Below are positions 60,914-64,000 of a DNA stretch of 64,000 nt, in pieces. The stretch is from assembly GCA_964500515.1 (NCBI GenBank), contig CAZCNE010000002.1, positions 109,180 to 173,179 of the forward strand. The letters run 5' to 3'. This DNA comes from an uncultured Candidatus Peribacteria bacterium. Its GTDB lineage: Bacteria > Patescibacteriota > Gracilibacteria > BD1-5 > UBA6164. The first letter of the stretch is position 1. Each line of letters opens with the position of its first letter. The translations under genes were made by a program, and so were the position numbers. The notes under the pieces are model-generated. The model made no database searches and was not told the origin of the DNA. It saw only the letters and a list, made by a program, of their open reading frames with translations.

Positions 60914-61207
60914 TTATTTAATTATAGAATATTCTATTTTTGCCTTCTTATCTTTCAAAGTTACATAAGCTTTTTTGCTAGCTTTTCTTTTATATTGAAT
61001 TCCTTTTCTTCAATATTTAAATTTTTCTATTGTTTTTACTATATTTACCGAATCTACTTCAAATCAATATATATCTAAAATTGCTTTTTTAACATCAATT
61101 TTTGTTGCACTAGGTAAAATTTCAAAAACATAACAATTCTTTGTTAATTCTTGTTTTGATGCTTTTTCTGTAAATATAGGTTTTTTAAGTACTTTAAATA
61201 GTCTCAT
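60914..61207 (-). CDS. rplW: 50S ribosomal protein L23
   Basis: MRLFKVLKKPIFTEKASKQELTKNCYVFEILPSATKIDVKKAI.., 97 aa. Confidence 0.9.
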
Positions 61208-61224
61208 AAATAGAAAATTATAAA

Positions 61225-61845
61225 TTATTTTAATTTGTTTATTGTATCAATAGAATCTTTTAGTAAAACTAATGTTTTATATTTTAATAAATCAGCAATA
61301 TTTAAATAATTTACTAAAATAGTTTTTACATTTGCTATATTAGACGAAGATCTTTGGATAATAAGATTTTTATCTTCTAGAACTAGCAACACATTTTTTT
61401 CAATCGGAAACTTAGATAAAATTTCACTCATCTTCTTAGTTTTTATTTCTTTTAATTCTATTTTATCTAAAATCAATAATTCTTTATTTTTTACTTTTGA
61501 AGATAAAGCACAAAAAAGAGCTTTTCTTCTTTCTTTCTTATTCATATCTATTGAATAATTTTGTGTATTTCTAGGTCAAAATGCAAGTCAACCTTTTCTT
61601 CTTATAGGTGATCTTATAGAACCAGCTCTCGCATTTCAAGTATGTTTTTGTCTATATAGTTTTCTTGTTGATCATCTAACTTCTGATCTATTTTTAGTAT
61701 GAGCTATATTTTTTCTCGCATTCGCTAATTGATAAACCAATGCTCTATGAATCAAAGCATTATTTACATCTAATCAAAATATATCTTTTTCTAATTCGAT
61801 TTTACCAATTTCTTGTCATTCTTGGTTAAAAAGTTTTGCTTCCAT
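61225..61845 (-). CDS. rplD: 50S ribosomal protein L4
   Basis: MEAKLFNQEGQEIGKIEL...[43 protein letters not shown].., 206 aa. The track ORF 61225..61545 is its 3' part. Confidence 0.95.
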
Positions 61846-61858
61846 TTAAAAAATATTA

Positions 61859-62473
61859 TTAATTTAAAGATAGTTTTACTAAAGAATTTCTTCATCAAGG
61901 TACTCATCATCTAACTCAAACAACTCATAATTCTTTATCAATATGTTCTACTTGAACTTTTCTTATTTTTACTTTTTGGCTTCATAAATGTCCGTGCATT
62001 TTTTTTCATTTATGAGTTCTTCTTGGTTTTCTTGTTCATATAGATCACAAAGCTCTGTGAAATTTAGATCATACCCTTCATGGTCATCAAGAAAAATTCC
62101 ATCTTTTCATAGCTCCAGCAAATCATTTTCATTTAGATGTTCACTCAATCGATACTAACTCCACTCAATCCAAAATATCTAAATTTAAATCATCTCAAAT
62201 ATTGTATTTATCAAGCTCCTCTTCATTTACAAAAAATTCTTTAATATCGCAAAATAGTGAATTACTTATTGATTTTTTTCATTCTTTAAGTTTAATTTCT
62301 TCTTTATTTTTTGGTTTCAAAACACCAACACAAATTGAATTATATCAATCTTTTTCTTGTGTCTTTTTTGAAACAATTTTTAAACTAGGAACTTCAAGTA
62401 ATGTTATAGGAATAGACTTATCTCATTTAAAAATTCTAGTCATTTCAAGTTTTTTTGCTATAATTCCTGGCAT
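61859..62473 (-). CDS. rplC: 50S ribosomal protein L3
   Basis: MPGIIAKKLEMTRIFKGDKSIPITLLEV....GKGFAGAMKRWNFSGGPG..HRALGSIGTRKPRR.., 204 aa. It is the first gene of the operon. Confidence 0.95.
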
Positions 62474-62608
62474 ATTTTTTCAGTTAAAAAATAAGTTAGA
62501 GGTTAAACTTATTCTAATTCTGTGTAATTTTTTAGAACAGTTTAACTTAACCTCTTTTACCCTTGTAATAAAGGTAAAACTTAAGCATTTTTCACAAAAA
62601 GTGTATGT

Positions 62609-62636
62609 ATTTTATTATTTTTTTTTAATTTGTCAA
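62609..62636 (-). promoter_or_regulatory. sigma70-type promoter of the rplC operon
   Basis: On the minus strand: TTGACA (62636-62631), 16-nt spacer, TAAAAT (62614-62609). It lies about 135 nt upstream of the rplC ATG. Confidence 0.5.
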
Positions 62637-62696
62637 AAGAAAAATTTTTTTTATAATTTTTAATCAAATAATTTATTTCAATTTTTATAAAAATAT

Positions 62697-62726
62697 TTGA
62701 CTTTGATTTTAAAATAAGTATATATT
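62697..62726 (+). promoter_or_regulatory. sigma70-type promoter of the 62759 gene
   Basis: TTGACT (62697-62702), 18-nt spacer, TATATT (62721-62726), about 33 nt before the ATG. Confidence 0.45.
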
Positions 62727-62758
62727 ATACAGTTTATTTATTATATAAAAAAACAAAA

Positions 62759-63826
62759 ATGACTCAATGACAAATTATAAGTGACCAAAAACTTTTAGAT
62801 GTTTTTAAAAAAGTTTTAAGTTCTCTATGAGACAAGGAACAAGATGTTATTGCAAGAAGAATTTGATTAGATTGAGAAAAAGAAACATTACAATCTATCT
62901 GAGATTCTTTCAGTCCAAATATTACTAGAGAAAGAGTAAGACAAATTGAAGAAAGCGGAATTAAAAAAATGTGAAGAATTATTAAAGCAACTGATCTAAC
63001 TATAATCCAAGATAAAGCAAAAGAAATAATCGACATGCACTCTTGACTTATTGTAAGAGAAAAGTTAATCAATAACATAATTAAAGAATTAAATTTGAAA
63101 AGTGATATTAATTTTTCAATTATCGAAGTTATTATACAAGCAGATTTTAATATATTAAAATCAAAGCCAAAATTGTGAGTTAGGACATATTTTAGTGTTC
63201 CAAGTATTTGAAAAAAAGAAGTTGAAGCAATTCACTCTGAAATTTTAAAAATTTTGAAAAGGAAAAATGATATTATAGAAAAAGAAACTCTATACAATAA
63301 TGTCAAGGAATCTTTACAATGATCTATAAAATGATTAAATATTGTTTTAATTGATAATATTGCTGATGTTTATGAAGATATAGTAAAATGAGAAGAATCT
63401 CTTATTTGATTAGCTTCTTGGAAAATTCTTAATCCAAAAACTCTAAAGGATAAAGCGTATTATGTAATGAAAAAAGAAAGAGTTCCTATGCATTTTGTAG
63501 ATATATCAAATAAAATAACTGAGTATCTTTGAGATAAAGTGAAAGTTAATACTATTCACAATGAGCTTATTAGAAACTGAGAATTTATACTTATTGGTAG
63601 ATGAATTTATGCTTTAAAGGAGTGGGGATTTACACCTTGAACTATTATAAATGTTATTACAGATATATTGGAAAAAAATAAAGAACCTATGACTACTGAT
63701 GAAATAATAAAAGAAGTACTTAAAGTAAGAAGAGTTAAAAGAACAACTATTTATATGAATTTACAAAATAAAAAAGTTATTGAGAGAGTTTGAAGAAATT
63801 ACTATAAACTAAAGGATTCTAAATAA
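62759..63826 (+). CDS. sigma-70 region-4-like HTH protein with C-terminal HARE-HTH-like domain (355 aa)
   Basis: N-terminal VLSSLGDKEQDVIARRIGLDGEKETLQSIGDSFSPNITRERVRQIEESGIKKM (region 4.2 pattern). C-terminal PMTTDEIIKEVLKVRR.....VIERVGRNYYKL. Confidence 0.7.
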
Positions 63827-63850
63827 TTTAATATGTTCCCAAAATAAAAA

Positions 63851-63877
63851 ATCTCTAGAGTTTTCTAGAGATTTTTT
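63851..63877 (+). terminator. intrinsic terminator
   Basis: ATCTCTAG-AGTTTT-CTAGAGAT followed by TTTTT. Confidence 0.6.
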
Positions 63878-63886
63878 ATTTCTTAC

Positions 63887-64000
63887 CTATTTTATATTTA
63901 TTATTTCAGCGTCGTTTGTTTTTGAATCATAAATTGCAAAACTCACTTCTCAAGTTTTGCTTCAAGAAATTTCTCATGGATTTAAAACTAAACAATTTCA
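63887..64000 (-). CDS. 3' end of a gene continuing beyond the window
   Basis: Open frame ..NPGEISGSKTGEVSFAIYDSKTNDAEIINIK* ending at TAG 63887-63889. Confidence 0.4.

Noticed and set aside
62202-62663. Longest ORF of the supplied track (153 aa, + strand).
   Set aside because: It is antisense to rplC, whose code-25 translation is an unmistakable L3. The ORF's own sequence is low-complexity (Ser/Phe/Leu/Ile). The same reasoning rejects the other antisense track ORFs, for example 15201..15506, 22741..23028, 23815..24171, 38466..38660, 54295..54546 and 60394..60603.
62474-62758. Searched all three minus-strand frames upstream of rplC for rpsJ (S10), and considered a tRNA or other RNA gene in the hairpin-rich segment.
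   Set aside because: Only a 13-codon ORF is present and nothing resembles S10. There is no tRNA-like T-arm (GTTC.A..C) or acceptor pairing. I interpret the segment as promoter plus 5' leader.
1-64000. Looked for mobile elements, prophage genes, restriction-modification, toxin-antitoxin, Cas or other recognisable defence genes, and for rRNA and tRNA genes.
   Set aside because: No translated ORF showed transposase, integrase, recombinase, nuclease-methylase or Cas motifs that I could recognise. No terminal inverted repeats or RNA-gene signatures were seen. Absence is based on reading by eye only.

Overview
This is a very AT-rich bacterial segment that only makes sense under translation table 25 (UGA = Gly; stops are TAA/TAG only). 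That code points to Gracilibacteria or Absconditabacteria (SR1) in the Candidate Phyla Radiation. The supplied standard-code ORF track is therefore fragmented, and many of its ORFs are antisense artefacts. I re-translated both strands by eye with TGA = Gly and found about 65 tightly packed genes. All coordinates were checked by position and modulo-3 arithmetic, but no database search was possible. Contents in order: mutL; a standalone cNMP-binding protein next to a CHASE2 class III nucleotide cyclase; secreted proteins of unknown function; an envelope glycosylation cluster (GT-C, O-antigen-ligase-like, GT4); a PfkB kinase; an isolated type IV pilin; a recO-like gene; a beta-propeller secreted protein; a DedA-LssY_C fusion; an M3 peptidase; rlmH; a MoxR/DUF58/BatD-like/VWA/VWA/TPR (Bat-type) operon; Fe-SOD; a nucleosidase-like, SPL-type radical SAM, SDR and deacetylase group; lepA; pilT; and secY preceded by the large r-protein operon (rplC to rplO), which lacks both rpsJ and rpmD. 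The most unusual locus is 29.1-43.4 kb. It holds a roughly 9.8 kb minus-strand reading frame for a giant tandem-repeat surface protein. That protein carries SLH-like modules and ends in its own sortase-like catalytic domain. Diverging from it are an unknown 718-742 aa protein, a second Cna-B-like/sortase fusion and a 41-aa signal-peptide ORF. The giant frame is broken by one TAA that lies between two homopolymer runs. Two other genes have an ATG displaced by one nucleotide at a homopolymer, so assembly errors cannot be separated from real disruption here. I recognised no rRNA, tRNA, CRISPR array, transposase, integrase or known defence genes.
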